Shown in pieces: positions 1 through 9,752 of a stretch of DNA of 64,000 nucleotides (positions within the stretch are counted from its first letter, which is position 1; each line of letters opens with the position of its first letter). The stretch is taken from positions 27,379 to 91,378 of the forward strand of contig JBFMCP010000007.1 of the NCBI GenBank assembly GCA_040754455.1. The letters are read 5' to 3'. The notes beneath the pieces are model-generated. The model was given only the letters and a program-made list of their open reading frames with translations, was not told the DNA's origin and did not search any database. A program made the translations under genes and the position numbers. The stretch is from Nitrospirota bacterium (GTDB taxonomy: Bacteria > Nitrospirota > Thermodesulfovibrionia > Thermodesulfovibrionales > Dissulfurispiraceae).

Positions 1-139
1 GATGCCGCCGCCCAAGCCTGCGAGTGCAGAGCCGTTGCCGCGTTCGGCAAAATGGCAGCGGGGATACGGCTACCAGCGCTACGGTAAGCGATCATCACGC
101 CACCGGTCATTCAGCCGATCCTTTGGATCAAAGGGATGA
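1..139 (+). CDS. 3' end of an upstream gene, probably the FtsW C-terminal tail (partial)
   Basis: Frame +2 is open from the window edge to a TGA at 137-139 that overlaps the murG ATG (ATGA coupling). Identity is inferred only from dcw gene order. Confidence 0.45.
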   Translation, partial: MPPPKPASAEPLPRSAKWQRGYGYQRYGKRSSRHRSFSRSFGSKG

Positions 140-1230
140 AAGTCATTATTGCAGGAGGAGGCACCGGCGGACACCTGTTCCCCGGTCTCTCTATCGCGGA
201 AGCATTTAAGGAACGGGACTTTGCAAAGGAAATTGTCTTTGTAGGGACCTCGCACGGCATCGAGGCGAGGGTCATCCCTCGTGAAGGATATCCGATCCGG
301 TTCATAAGGGCAGAGGGGATGGTGGGAAAGTCTCTCTACAAGAAGGGCAGGGCCTTCGTCTCTTTTCTCTTGTCCATTCTCGACTCCTATAAAATTCTCA
401 AGGCCGTCAGCCCCTCGGTCGTCATCGGCGTCGGCGGTTACGCATCAGTGGGTATGGTGCTTGCTGCGCACTTGAAGGGCATTCCCACGATGATTCACGA
501 GCAGAATTCGGTTCCTGGATTCGCCAACAGGTTTCTTGGGAAATTCGTTGATGCCGTTGCGGTCACCTATCAGGAGAGTATCGACTATTTCCCGAAAGAG
601 AAGACCTATCTGACAGGCAATCCCATACGGAAGCATATCCTCGCCAGAGACGGGAAAAAGGCTTATGCAGTATTCCCCCTCGACAAAGAGCTGTTTACGA
701 TACTGACCTTCGGCGGCAGCCTCGGTGCCAGGAGCATCAATTACGCCATGATCGAAGCGTTGAATTACCTGCTGGATTTAAGGCAAAATATCCAGTTCCT
801 CCATCAGACGGGCGATAAGGATCTTTCGGCCGTCACGGAGGCCTATAGGGGAAAGGGGTTTCACGGCATTGTCGTTCCGTTCATTTACCAGATGGCGGAG
901 GCGTATACCCTTGCCGATATGGTGATCTGCAGGGCAGGGGCAACGACGCTTGCCGAGATTACCGCGATAGGAAAGCCTGCCATTATCATCCCCTATCCGT
1001 ATGCGGCTTCCAACCATCAGGAGCACAACGCGCGAAAGCTGGAGGATATGGGTGCGGCAAAGGTGATCCTCGACAGGAAGCTGACGGGTGAAGTGCTCGC
1101 TGCTGCGATCAGGGAGCTCTATGAGAATGAGCAGGCGCGGAGAGAGATGCAGAAGGCGGCAATGGTCTTCGGCAAGGTTGACGCAGCTGAGCGCGTTGTC
1201 GATATCGCGCTGAGTCTGGTAAGGAAATAA
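136..1230 (+). CDS. murG: Lipid II N-acetylglucosaminyltransferase MurG
   Basis: GGGTGGHLFP, HEQN, GGSLGA, RAGATT and HQEHNA motifs; dcw context. Confidence 0.97.
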   Translation: MKVIIAGGGTGGHLFPGLSIAEAFKERDFAKEIVFVGTSHGIEARVIPREGYPIRFIRAEGMVGKSLYKKGRAFVSFLLSILDSYKILKAVSPSVVIGVGGYASVGMVLAAHLKGIPTMIHEQNSVPGFANRFLGKFVDAVAVTYQESIDYFPKEKTYLTGNPIRKHILARDGKKAYAVFPLDKELFTILTFGGSLGARSINYAMIEALNYLLDLRQNIQFLHQTGDKDLSAVTEAYRGKGFHGIVVPFIYQMAEAYTLADMVICRAGATTLAEITAIGKPAIIIPYPYAASNHQEHNARKLEDMGAAKVILDRKLTGEVLAAAIRELYENEQARREMQKAAMVFGKVDAAERVVDIALSLVRK

Positions 1231-1233
1231 TAA

Positions 1234-1315
1234 AGAAGAATCCAGGAGTCAGGAGCCAGAAGTCAGAATAAAATCTGAGTTGTGCTTTTTTTCTTCTGGA
1301 TCCTGAATTCTTTTT
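1234..1315. repeat. Intergenic heptamer-repeat imperfect inverted repeat
   Basis: ccaggag-tcaggag-ccagaag-tcagaat followed by the complementary arm ttctggatcctgaattct. Confidence 0.7.
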
Positions 1316-1328
1316 ATTGGAGTGAATT

Positions 1329-2696
1329 ATGTTTAATCGATACAGGAGAATACATTTCGTCGGCATCGGCGGTGTCGGCATGAGCGGCATTGCCGAGGTA
1401 CTGCACAATCTTGGATATGAAGTGACCGGCTCCGACATGAAGGAGTCGGAGATGACGGCACGGTTGAAGAACCTCGGCATCAAGGTATTCGTCGGCCATG
1501 ATGCCGAGAACATCGATCACGCTCATGTAGTTGTCATTTCCTCTGCCGTTGCTCCCGACAACCCTGAAGTGATCGAGGCGAAATACCGTTCGATCCCCGT
1601 CATCCCCCGCGCTGAAATGCTCGCCGAGCTGGGCAGGCTCAAATACGGGATCCTGATTGCCGGTGCCCACGGCAAGACGACGACGACCTCGCTCATCGCA
1701 ACGACCCTTGTTGAAGGCGGCTTTGATCCCACTGTGGTGATCGGCGGCAAACTCAATGCGATGGGCAGCAACGCGAAGCTCGGGCAGGGAGCGTTCCTTG
1801 TTGCCGAAGCTGATGAGAGTGACGGCTCGTTCCTGAAGCTCAACCCCACCATTGCGGTGATCACGAATATCGACAAAGAGCATATGGATTTTTTCAAGAG
1901 CATGGAGGCCTTGAAGCAGGCCTTTCTCGATTTCATCAACAAAATACCGTTCTACGGGATCGCCATCGTCTGCGTGGAGAATGCCTATGTGCGGGAAATC
2001 CTCCCCCAGATACAGAGAAAGGTCCTGACCTATGGATTTACCTATAAAGCCGATCTCTACGCCAGAAACATCAGACACCTCGGAACGAGGATGAGCTTTG
2101 AACCGGTGTTCAAAGGGAATCCCCTGGGGATGTTCACTATTCCCATTCCCGGGGAGCATAATGTGCTGAACAGCCTGGCTGCTATAGCTGCTGCAATAGA
2201 ACTGCAGATTCCCATCTCAGTTGTTGCAAAGGCGCTCGGCGGTTTCGGCGGTATCCATCGCCGGTTCGAGCTCAAAGGAGAGAAAAAGGGCATCAAGGTA
2301 TTTGATGATTACGGGCACCACCCCTCGGAGATACGGGCGACGCTCAGGGCGGCACGGGAGTGCTTCAAAGAGCAACGGATACTTGTCCTGTTCCAGCCGC
2401 ACCGGTACACGAGGACGAGGGACTCGATGGATGAGTTCGCCGCAAGCTTTGATGATGCCGACCGCCTGTTCCTCATGGATATCTATCCTGCAGGTGAAAA
2501 GCCTATCGAGGGCATTCATTCCGAAGTGCTTTTTAAAAATATAGAACAGCGGGGATTCAAGAATATCAGCTACATTCCTGACCGTGCAGCGATGATTAAA
2601 GCGATTCTCGCAGAGCTCCAGCCCGGCAATGTACTGATTACCCTTGGCGCCGGGGATGTCTATAAAATGGGTGAAGAGGTGGTAAGGGAATTATAA
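1329..2696 (+). CDS. murC: UDP-N-acetylmuramate--L-alanine ligase
   Basis: HFVGIGGVGMSGIA, GAHGKTTT, EADESDGSF, DDYGHHP and FQPHRYTR motifs. Confidence 0.98.
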   Translation: MFNRYRRIHFVGIGGVGMSGIAEVLHNLGYEVTGSDMKESEMTARLKNLGIKVFVGHDAENIDHAHVVVISSAVAPDNPEVIEAKYRSIPVIPRAEMLAELGRLKYGILIAGAHGKTTTTSLIATTLVEGGFDPTVVIGGKLNAMGSNAKLGQGAFLVAEADESDGSFLKLNPTIAVITNIDKEHMDFFKSMEALKQAFLDFINKIPFYGIAIVCVENAYVREILPQIQRKVLTYGFTYKADLYARNIRHLGTRMSFEPVFKGNPLGMFTIPIPGEHNVLNSLAAIAAAIELQIPISVVAKALGGFGGIHRRFELKGEKKGIKVFDDYGHHPSEIRATLRAARECFKEQRILVLFQPHRYTRTRDSMDEFAASFDDADRLFLMDIYPAGEKPIEGIHSEVLFKNIEQRGFKNISYIPDRAAMIKAILAELQPGNVLITLGAGDVYKMGEEVVREL

Positions 2697-2730
2697 CCGT
2701 TATGTCTTCTATGAAAGGATATAAGCGTCC

Positions 2731-3675
2731 ATGATAACGAAACAGCGTATCGGCGTACTCGCCGGCGGCACGTCCGCCGAGCGGGAAGTCTCTTTGAAAA
2801 GCGGCAGCGCCATTTACAAAGCGCTACGGGAGCGGAACTATGATGTGGTCCTCATCGATGCAGCCGAGGATCTCTGCGCAGCGCTCAAAAAGGAGCGCAT
2901 CGAGATTGCCGTTCTCGCATTGCACGGCGGCTTCGGCGAGAACGGCGCGGTGCAGGGGCTTCTTGAAGTAATGGGAATCCCCTACACCGGGTCGGGGATT
3001 CTGGCATCGGCCCTAGCGATGGACAAGGAGGCATCAAAAAAGATATTCCTCTATCATGAGATTCCGGTGCCCTCTTTCATCGTGATCAACAGGGCGCAGG
3101 CCGGGGCAGGAGACCGCATCAATGTGCAGGTGGTCACGACGCTTGTCGATTTTCCCCTTCCCTGGGTGGTAAAGCCCGTCACCGAGGGGTCGAGCATCGG
3201 CGTCAGTATCGTCAAGAACGATACGGAGCTTGAGGATGCGCTCAAAGACGCTTTCTCGTACGGATCGAGAATCATTATCGAAGAATATATAAAGGGCAGG
3301 GAGATCCAGATCGGCATTCTCAACGATCGCGCCCTCGGGGGCGTCGAGGTGCGCCCTTCTCGTGAGTTCTACAGCTACGAAGCCAAGTACACGCCCGGAC
3401 TCACTCAGTACATCCTGCCTCCGGAGATCGATGCTTCGGCATACGAGACGCTTAAGGCCATGGCGGCGCGCGCACACCAGGCGCTCGGCTGCAAGGGCGC
3501 TACCCGTGTGGATTTCATCCTCGATGCTTCGAATAATCCCTATATTCTTGAGGTCAATACGATTCCGGGGATGACCGAGACGAGCCTGTTGCCTAAGATT
3601 GCGCAGCTTGCAGGGCTGGAGTTCCCTGATCTGATAGAAGAAATACTGAGGCTGACCGTAGAGGATGGAAAATAA
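2731..3675 (+). CDS. ddl: D-alanine--D-alanine ligase
   Basis: [30 protein letters not shown] and EVNTIPGMT motifs. Confidence 0.97.
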   Translation: MITKQRIGVLAGGTSAEREVSLKSGSAIYKALRERNYDVVLIDAAEDLCAALKKERIEIAVLALHGGFGENGAVQGLLEVMGIPYTGSGILASALAMDKEASKKIFLYHEIPVPSFIVINRAQAGAGDRINVQVVTTLVDFPLPWVVKPVTEGSSIGVSIVKNDTELEDALKDAFSYGSRIIIEEYIKGREIQIGILNDRALGGVEVRPSREFYSYEAKYTPGLTQYILPPEIDASAYETLKAMAARAHQALGCKGATRVDFILDASNNPYILEVNTIPGMTETSLLPKIAQLAGLEFPDLIEEILRLTVEDGK

Positions 3676-3725
3676 CAGGGCAATGCCTTTAAAATAGGCA
3701 CCATGAAAAAGGGGTTGAGGACGGG

Positions 3726-3812
3726 AAAGATCAAAAATTAAAGAGCAAAATGAAAAAATAAGGGATCCTTGATTTTTATTTTTGCTTTTCGATCTTTGCT
3801 TTTTACTTTTTA
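3726..3812. repeat. Intergenic heptamer-repeat imperfect inverted repeat
   Basis: A-rich units (tcaaaaa-ttaaaga-gcaaaat) mirrored by T-rich units (ttttgct-tttcgat-ctttgct). Confidence 0.6.
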
Positions 3813-3815
3813 CCG

Positions 3816-4616
3816 ATGAGAAGAAGAAACGTGCGATCGCTGCAGAGGAGGAAAGAGCAAAAGCGGATACGGCTGTTCCTCATTCCCTTGCTGCTGATAC
3901 TTCTTGCAGGAGCGGCTGTTTTCGTTTCAATCCGCTTTCTCATCCCGGTAAAAGAGATCGTCTTCATCGGCAACCATCATCTGAAGAATGATGAGCTGAA
4001 ATCATTGGTGAAAGTGAAGAAGGGTGATAAGCTTTTCGGGCAGTCCGGCAGGACACTGCATGAGCGTCTCAAAAGATCTCCCTGGATAAAGAGCGCCGTC
4101 ATCCGCAGGGAACTGTCGGGACGGATGCTGGTCAAGGTCGACGAGAGAGTTCCCGTAGCGATCCTGAGCACGTCAGAAGGACCGCACCTCATTGATCGTG
4201 AAGGGTATCTGCTTGAGCAGATACGTGAGGGCACGGTGCTGCTCCTGCCGGTGATCAAGGATATTGATCCTGCCGGTGATAATGAGACCTATCGCGAGGC
4301 GGTCAGGTTTGTGAATGTCCTTCATGCCAAAGGAGTGCTGTCGTCCGACGGGAGCATCGAGGTGACCGGCAGCAGGCCTGAAGATATTACGCTGAAGATC
4401 AACGGTATTGTGATCAAGGTCGGCATGGGAGATTTTGAGAAAAAAATCGAACGCCTTGAGTTCGTCAAAGATGAGATCCAGAAGAGAAATATGACGGTGG
4501 AGTATATCGATCTGCGATTTGCGAACAAGATCGTCGTCAAACCGGTGCGCCAGGAGCCGGAGCAGCAGACAAAAACACTGGTAGCGAAGCATCATGGAAA
4601 AAAGAAAAAGAACTAG
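3816..4616 (+). CDS. ftsQ: Cell division protein FtsQ/DivIB
   Basis: Basic N-terminus, one TM helix, POTRA-like PWIKSAVIRR and C-terminal YIDLRF; lies between ddl and ftsA. Confidence 0.92.
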   Translation: MRRRNVRSLQRRKEQKRIRLFLIPLLLILLAGAAVFVSIRFLIPVKEIVFIGNHHLKNDELKSLVKVKKGDKLFGQSGRTLHERLKRSPWIKSAVIRRELSGRMLVKVDERVPVAILSTSEGPHLIDREGYLLEQIREGTVLLLPVIKDIDPAGDNETYREAVRFVNVLHAKGVLSSDGSIEVTGSRPEDITLKINGIVIKVGMGDFEKKIERLEFVKDEIQKRNMTVEYIDLRFANKIVVKPVRQEPEQQTKTLVAKHHGKKKKN

Positions 4617-5883
4617 CTCGTTTGTCGTCGGACTCGATGTCGGCACTACAAAGATCTGTGCCATCGTCGGCGAGGTGAGCGAGGAAGGATGTTCGATCCT
4701 CGCAGTGAGCTCTCATCCCTCGTCGGGACTCAAGAAGGGGGTTGTCGTCGATATCGAGGCGACGGCCCAATCGATCAAGAAAGTGATCGCCGACATACGC
4801 GAGCAGATAGGGTTCGACATCAGAGAGGTCTACGTCGGCATTGCCGGGAGCCATGTAAAGAGCTTCAACAGCTACGGTGCCGTAGGTATAAAAGGCAGGG
4901 AGGTGTCTCCCGAGGATGTGGAACGGGCGATCGATTCGGCAAGCGCCGTGTATGTGCCGCTCGACAGGGAGATGCTCCATGTCCTTCCCACCGACTTCAT
5001 CCTCGACGGACAGGACGGCATCAAAGACCCTGTGGGCATGGCCGGGGTGCGTCTCGAGGTAAAGGTATACATTGTCACCGGCGCCGTCACCTCGGTGCAG
5101 AATCTCCTGAAATGCTGCGAACGGGCAGGGCTCGAGGTGGTTGATATCGTGCTCCAGCCGCTGGCTTCTGCAGAGGCGACGCTGACGCCCTATGAACGTG
5201 ATATGGGCGTAATGCTCGTCGATATCGGCGGCGGGACGACGGACATCGCGATCTATAAAGACGGCTGGCTTCGGCATACCGCTGTGCTGGGCATCGGGGG
5301 TAATCATTTTACCAACGATCTGTCGGTGGGGCTGCGGCTGCCCTTCCATGAGGCTGAGAGAGTGAAAAAGAAGTACGGCTTTGTCGCCCCTGTCCCGTAT
5401 GCTGCCGAGATCAACAGCAACAATGCGGAAATAGAAGTAGTGGCGATCGACGGACAGGTGAGGGGAATACCCAGGAAATATATTGCCGAGATCCTGCAGC
5501 CGAGAGGAGAAGAGCTCCTTGATCTGATACGTCAGGAGGTGCAGATGGTTCATCATAACGGCATTGCGATTGCAGGGGTTATTCTCACCGGAGGCGCCTC
5601 GCTGCTCACAGGGTTTGACCGCATGGCCGAAGCTATGCTCTCTATGCCGGTCCGGATCGGCTATATGAACGGGGCACCGCACCACCCTGATGTCGCTCCC
5701 GAATCGCTGCCCATCAGCGGCCTGAAGGGGGAATTCAATAACCCGATCTACGCGACGGGTGTCGGGCTGGTGCTGCATGCGGCAGAGACGGTTATGCCTT
5801 CCGAACGTGTACCTTCGGATGTCTTGAGTAGCATTATGACTACCATGACGGGATGGTTCAGGAAAATAATAAGTAAGAAATGA
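4594..5883 (+). CDS. ftsA: Cell division protein FtsA
   Basis: GLDVGTTKIC, DIGGGTTD, GGNHFTNDL and LTGG motifs; amphipathic C-terminal helix. Confidence 0.97.
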   Translation: MEKRKRTSSFVVGLDVGTTKICAIVGEVSEEGCSILAVSSHPSSGLKKGVVVDIEATAQSIKKVIADIREQIGFDIREVYVGIAGSHVKSFNSYGAVGIKGREVSPEDVERAIDSASAVYVPLDREMLHVLPTDFILDGQDGIKDPVGMAGVRLEVKVYIVTGAVTSVQNLLKCCERAGLEVVDIVLQPLASAEATLTPYERDMGVMLVDIGGGTTDIAIYKDGWLRHTAVLGIGGNHFTNDLSVGLRLPFHEAERVKKKYGFVAPVPYAAEINSNNAEIEVVAIDGQVRGIPRKYIAEILQPRGEELLDLIRQEVQMVHHNGIAIAGVILTGGASLLTGFDRMAEAMLSMPVRIGYMNGAPHHPDVAPESLPISGLKGEFNNPIYATGVGLVLHAAETVMPSERVPSDVLSSIMTTMTGWFRKIISKK

Positions 5884-5958
5884 AAAGTGATGAATGATGA
5901 GTAAAAGACAAAATATAAAAGGTATTCTTTTCCATTTACTCATTACTGCTCACTTTTA
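5881..5958. repeat. Intergenic heptamer-repeat imperfect inverted repeat
   Basis: gtgatga-atgatga-gtaaaag ... tttactcattactgctcactttt. Confidence 0.65.
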
Positions 5959-5973
5959 CCAAAGGGGGTTGTT

Positions 5974-7263
5974 ATGTTTGAGCTCGAAGATGTAGGCAGA
6001 TTGGTAGCGAAGATAAAGGTCATCGGTGTGGGCGGCGGCGGGGGTAATGCGATCAACAGCATGGTCGCCGCGAACATTTTCGGCATAGAATTTATTGCGG
6101 TCAACACCGACAGCCAGCACCTCGATGTGTCGCTCGCGCCGGTGAGGGTGCAGATCGGTGCGGCATTGACCAGGGGACTGGGCGCAGGATCAAATCCGGT
6201 GATCGGCAGGCAGGCCGCTCATGAAGACCGGGATGCCCTGATGAGCTCCATTGAAGGCGCCGATATGGTCTTCATCACGGCGGGTATGGGCGGCGGCACC
6301 GGCACCGGCGCAGCGCCGGTGATTGCGGGGCTTGCACGTGAGCTGGGCATTCTCACAGTCGGCGTGGTGACAAAGCCCTTCTACTATGAAGGCAGAAAGC
6401 GGGCGATCAATGCGGAAGACGGCATCAGAGAGCTCAAGAAGAATGTTGATACGCTGATCGTTATCCCCAACGACCGGATCCATCTCGTGGTCGAGAAGGG
6501 GACCCCTCTGCTCAAATCCTTCTCCATCGCCAATGATGTCCTGCGGCAGGCGATACAGGGTATTTCCGACCTGATCCTTATCCCCGGTCTCATCAACCTC
6601 GACTTCGCCGACGTGAAATCCGTTATGGAGAACGCCGGCAAGGCGGTGATCGGTGTGGGATTCGGCGCTGGTGACAACGGCGCATTCGAGGCGGCGAAGA
6701 AGGCGATCTCCAACCCCCTCCTCGAAGAGTCGTCCATCGAGGGCGCAAAGGGAATCCTTATCAACATCACCGGCGGCATGAACATGTCCCTTGATGCAGT
6801 GCAGCAGGCGGCGTCGCTGATTCATGACTCCGCCCACGATGATGCCAACATCATTCTTGGTGCGGTGATCAATGACGAAATGGAAGACGAGGTAAGGGTC
6901 ACGGTGATCGCGACCGGACTTGAGGAACGGTTAGAGAAGGCTGAGCTCCCCCAGATCAAGAAATGGGCTCCCAAGAAGGACCCGATCAATCTCAGGGGGT
7001 CCGAGCGGATACTCTCCAAGAGCATCGGCCTTACCTCACGAGAGCCGGCCTATGAGCCGAAGGTTATTCAGGAGCGTCCTCTTGAAAAGGAGATCGCCGA
7101 GCCCTCCGAGCCCATCGCTGCGAAGACACAAGAGCAGGTCGGCACCAACGGCCAGGGCACGATATTCGAAAGCAAACAGATTCCCCTCAATGAATCTTTT
7201 CTGGGGACCGATGATGAGTATGATATTCCCACGTTTCTGAGGAAGCAGTCGGGAGCCTCATAA
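5974..7263 (+). CDS. ftsZ: Cell division protein FtsZ
   Basis: GGGTGTG tubulin motif, INLDFADV and C-terminal DIPTFLRK. Confidence 0.99.
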   Translation: MFELEDVGRLVAKIKVIGVGGGGGNAINSMVAANIFGIEFIAVNTDSQHLDVSLAPVRVQIGAALTRGLGAGSNPVIGRQAAHEDRDALMSSIEGADMVFITAGMGGGTGTGAAPVIAGLARELGILTVGVVTKPFYYEGRKRAINAEDGIRELKKNVDTLIVIPNDRIHLVVEKGTPLLKSFSIANDVLRQAIQGISDLILIPGLINLDFADVKSVMENAGKAVIGVGFGAGDNGAFEAAKKAISNPLLEESSIEGAKGILINITGGMNMSLDAVQQAASLIHDSAHDDANIILGAVINDEMEDEVRVTVIATGLEERLEKAELPQIKKWAPKKDPINLRGSERILSKSIGLTSREPAYEPKVIQERPLEKEIAEPSEPIAAKTQEQVGTNGQGTIFESKQIPLNESFLGTDDEYDIPTFLRKQSGAS

Positions 7264-7361
7264 TGAGTAGTGCGTGATGTGTGATGCGTAATGAGTTAAA
7301 ATTAAGTATGCGTTTCCCCATACTGCGGGTCCTCATTACCGGGTACTCATCACGGATTACG
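7261..7361. repeat. Intergenic heptamer-repeat imperfect inverted repeat
   Basis: taatgag-tagtgcg-tgatgtg-tgatgcg-taatgag ... ctcattac...ctcatcacggattacg. Confidence 0.65.
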
Positions 7362-7369
7362 GTCGTTGC

Positions 7370-9049
7370 ATGAATCGTAAGCTCATCGAAAAGGCGGATG
7401 CGCTCCTTCGAAAGGAGCGCGGCACGGTGCATAAGGACCCCGGTGGCAGGATTACCATCTGTCTCGTCTATCCCAATACCTACCATGTGGGCATGTCGAA
7501 TCTTGGATTCCAGGGGATCTACGGCCTGCTCAACCGAAGAAACGATGTCGTGTGCGAACGTGCCTTTTTGCCTGACCAGGCCGATATCGAGGTCTATCGC
7601 AGGAGCAAGACCCCTCTCTTTTCACTCGAATCCAAGAGGCCCCTCGATCGCTTCGATATTATTGCCTTCTCGGTCTCTTTCGAAAACGATTATCCCAATC
7701 TTATTACTATGCTTGATCTGGCGAATATCCCCTTCCGGTCTTCCGAGCGGAACAGGTACCATCCTCTGCTGATGGCAGGCGGCACCTGTCTGTCCTTTAA
7801 CCCTGAGCCCCTTGCTCCCTTTTTCGATACAGTCTTTATAGGAGAGGCGGATGAGTCGCTGCAGGAGTTTCTCGATCTCTATAAGAACAGCGGGAGTCGC
7901 GCTGCTCTGAAAAAAGGCGCACTGCGGATCGAGGGTGTTTATGTTCCCGAATACTACTCGGTTACCTGTGGCAGTGAGGGATCGATAGCTGTGCGTGAGG
8001 CGTTGAACGGTGCCCCCGCACGCATCACAAGGAGATACCTGAAGGACCTTTCGTGCTCTCTTCTCAACACCGCGATCATTACTCCCGAATCGGAGTTCTC
8101 CAATATGTATCTCATCGAAGCGATGCGGGGGTGCCCCTGGAGCTGCAGGTTCTGTCTCGTCGGACACCTCTACAATCCGCCGCGCCGGAAGGCCCCTGAT
8201 ACGATCAGGGCCGAGATCGAAGAGGCAAAACAGCGTCTCGTCCCACCCGAGCCTCCCTTTAATAAAGGGGAAAAGGGAGAATTGAAAATAGGATTGATCG
8301 GCCCGTCATTGAGCGATTATCCCTCTCTCTATGATATCCTCTGTATCGAAGGGGTTGATTTCTCAATTACCTCGTTGCGTGCCAGTAGCCGGAGCGCCGA
8401 GCTCGTCCAGCTGCTGAAAAGACATAAGAGCGTATCCATAGCTCCTGAAGCAGGGACTGCACGACTGCGATCGGTGATCAACAAAAAGATTACCGAAAAA
8501 GATATCATGGACACCTCGCAGCTCCTCTTCGACGCCGGTATAGAGAACCTGAGGCTCTATTTCATGATCGGACTTCCTACCGAGGAGCACGCGGATATCG
8601 AGGGTATTATTGAGCTGTCGAGGAGGGTCAGAGATCTTACCAAAAAAGGGACCGTCACTCTGAGCATCAGTACCTTTGTGCCCAAGCCTTTTACCCCTTT
8701 CCAGTGGCATCCCATGGAGCCGCTCGTCTCGGTGAAGGAAAAGCTGAAGCGGATAAAAAAGGCGTTGCGGGAGATAAGAGGCATGCGGGTGCTTCACGAT
8801 GTGCCGAAGTACGCATATATGCAGGGGCTGTTTTCGCGTGGCGACCGGAGCATCGCAGATGTCCTGGTAGCGATGGCAACAACTGATGACTGGAAAAAGG
8901 CCTGCGCAGCGTCCGGCATCAATGAGGACTTTTATATCTTCAGAAAGAGATCGCGTGATGAGGTGCTTCCCTGGGACTTTATCGATACCGGTACATCTAA
9001 AGAAACGTTATGGGCTGAATATCTCGAAGCCCTCTCGGCGGCATCATGA
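7370..9049 (+). CDS. B12-binding-domain radical SAM protein (TIGR03960-like)
   Basis: YPNTYHVGMSNLG, RGCPWSCRFC (CxxxCxxC), APEAG, YFMIGLPTE, FVPKPFTPFQW and LPWDFI motifs. Confidence 0.9.
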   Translation: MNRKLIEKADALLRKERGTVHKDPGGRITICLVYPNTYHVGMSNLGFQGIYGLLNRRNDVVCERAFLPDQADIEVYRRSKTPLFSLESKRPLDRFDIIAFSVSFENDYPNLITMLDLANIPFRSSERNRYHPLLMAGGTCLSFNPEPLAPFFDTVFIGEADESLQEFLDLYKNSGSRAALKKGALRIEGVYVPEYYSVTCGSEGSIAVREALNGAPARITRRYLKDLSCSLLNTAIITPESEFSNMYLIEAMRGCPWSCRFCLVGHLYNPPRRKAPDTIRAEIEEAKQRLVPPEPPFNKGEKGELKIGLIGPSLSDYPSLYDILCIEGVDFSITSLRASSRSAELVQLLKRHKSVSIAPEAGTARLRSVINKKITEKDIMDTSQLLFDAGIENLRLYFMIGLPTEEHADIEGIIELSRRVRDLTKKGTVTLSISTFVPKPFTPFQWHPMEPLVSVKEKLKRIKKALREIRGMRVLHDVPKYAYMQGLFSRGDRSIADVLVAMATTDDWKKACAASGINEDFYIFRKRSRDEVLPWDFIDTGTSKETLWAEYLEALSAAS

Positions 9050-9211
9050 AAAGGTGGTGCGTACTCTTCTCTCTCCGGACACCCTGGCGCAAATCCCTTT
9101 TGTAAAGGCATTTCACACGACCTGCGTCCTGCAATAACACCTTCCGGAAATGCGGCCCTGCGGATCTCCGCATCAAGAGGAGCAGACCACCACCCTCGGC
9201 GTTCTGTTCTT
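9048..9211 (-). ncRNA. Candidate structured small RNA (family unassigned)
   Basis: Minus-strand TTGACA-16nt-TATGCT promoter; GGTGGTG/CACCACC closing stem followed by a U4 tract; internal stems; no credible ORF. Confidence 0.45.
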
Positions 9212-9217
9212 ACTTAA

Positions 9218-9245
9218 AGCATACACGTTTTACGAAAACTGTCAA
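9218..9245 (-). promoter_or_regulatory. sigma70-type promoter
   Basis: Reverse complement reads TTGACA gttttcgtaaaacgtg TATGCT. Confidence 0.6.
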
Positions 9246-9456
9246 GCCATGGTGATGAATGCTGAGGTGCGTAGATCGTTGTAGATCGTTAATGTTTGGT
9301 AAAAAACTAAGGCGGGTAAAAGAGTGTGTATAAAATTCAAAAAAAGGGAGATAATATAAGAAAGGAGCGGTGGGAACATTCACAGGTTGCGTCGACATGA
9401 GCATCGCAGGGGAAGATGCCTGTGCGCTCAATCAACATAGTGAAAAGGAGGTTGCT

Positions 9457-9687
9457 ATGAGTAATGAGGATAGAAGAGGCGATTCGTCCACCTTGATACT
9501 CTGGGCCGACTTCAGGCGCTACCATATAAAAGACAACTGGTGCTGCACGGCGATCAAGGAGAGCGGTATCGAATTCCTGCCTGTTGAGGAGATTTATCCT
9601 GACTTCAGCCTGCACCGGATCAGGATTAATTTCTGTCCCCATTGCGGGCAGAGATTGTATGAGGGCGAAGGCCGGTATACATACTAA
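9457..9687 (+). CDS. Small Cys-rich putative Zn-binding protein (76 aa)
   Basis: Strong AAAGGAGG RBS before the ATG at 9457; WCC ... INFCPHCG motif. Confidence 0.75.
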   Translation: MSNEDRRGDSSTLILWADFRRYHIKDNWCCTAIKESGIEFLPVEEIYPDFSLHRIRINFCPHCGQRLYEGEGRYTY

Positions 9688-9752
9688 GCGGGATGTAACA
9701 GGTGTCTGTTCCCTCCATTTCCGCCTTTCAATGAGCCCGTGAGCAGATCCGC

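Noticed and set aside
4537..5943. Long antisense ORFs (this one, and 23658-25436, 10367-11548, 43978-45198, 46062-47195, 53062-54120)
   Set aside because: They are shadows of well-supported genes on the opposite strand and carry no recognisable motifs.
9170..9200. ATCAAGAGGAGCAGA resembling the start of a SAM-I riboswitch
   Set aside because: The following GGGACTGGCCC and GCAACC…GGTGC elements are missing.
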